This document shows, in pieces, positions 63,620-64,000 of a DNA stretch of 64,000 bases. A model generated the notes under the pieces. The model was not told where the DNA came from, ran no database searches, and saw nothing but the letters and a program-made list of their open reading frames with translations. How positions within the stretch are numbered: position 1 is the first letter of the stretch; every line of letters starts with the position of its first letter. The DNA is taken from positions 3,162,001 through 3,226,000 of the forward strand of contig NC_043026.1 of NCBI RefSeq assembly GCF_006345805.1. Reading direction: 5' to 3'. This stretch comes from Octopus sinensis. Its lineage: Eukaryota. Position numbers and translations under genes: made by a program.

Positions 63620-63815
63620 GTGACCGCGTGTAATTTGTTGGCGATTTTTTTCCTCTGTCTTCCCTTCTTTGGATCTTTCCTTTTCCTATGTTTCTGACGA
63701 AGAGCTCCGCTTGAAACGTTAAACCCTCCTTCTTTCCTGAGCGTCCAATAATACTATATTTGTTCCAAGTCCTCACATTGTTGTGTTTTTTTTGTGCTTT
63801 CTTGTTTGGATTAAC
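63620..63815 (+). mobile_element. Hammerhead-bearing cassette (family H), copy near-identical to 42010-42206
   Basis: GTTT-CTGACGA-A-GAGC[TCC]GCTT-GAAA-CG-TT^AAAC at 63690-63724. Confidence 0.88.
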
Positions 63816-64000
63816 TTTATATATATAATACATACATACATACACACATATTCACACTCCTATCTGTCAACACACCTACACCTGCAGATATGCAAGCGTA
63901 TATACATACGCATATGTACGAAGAAGGGAGACGTGCATGACAGTCACTCTTATGCAACGGATATAGTCTTACACTCGTATATATACAGAGATTCGTACAC

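Overview
AT-rich, repeat-saturated animal genomic DNA, most likely an octopus (inferred from the tRNA-derived SINE families and the density of (TA)n/(CA)n microsatellite; not confirmed by a search). No host protein-coding gene is recognisable, and nearly all ORFs in the supplied track are microsatellite or minisatellite artefacts; only a few candidate small exons were seen. The window holds a 24/28-bp tandem array (1-1.6 kb), a ~125-copy 78-bp satellite (2.3-12.0 kb) abutting a Penelope-like element (GIY-YIG end plus pLTR), fragments of RTE and R4/Dong non-LTR retrotransposons, two internally deleted mariner transposons, hAT-, piggyBac- and Helitron-like non-autonomous elements, and many copies of two SINE families. 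The most notable signal is six minimal type-I hammerhead ribozyme motifs from four sequence families. One lies in the Penelope pLTR; five lie in short ORF-less cassettes embedded in (TA)n/(CA)n microsatellites, all on the + strand. This suggests a hammerhead-bearing, microsatellite-targeted non-autonomous retroelement system (solo pLTRs or retrozyme-like elements).
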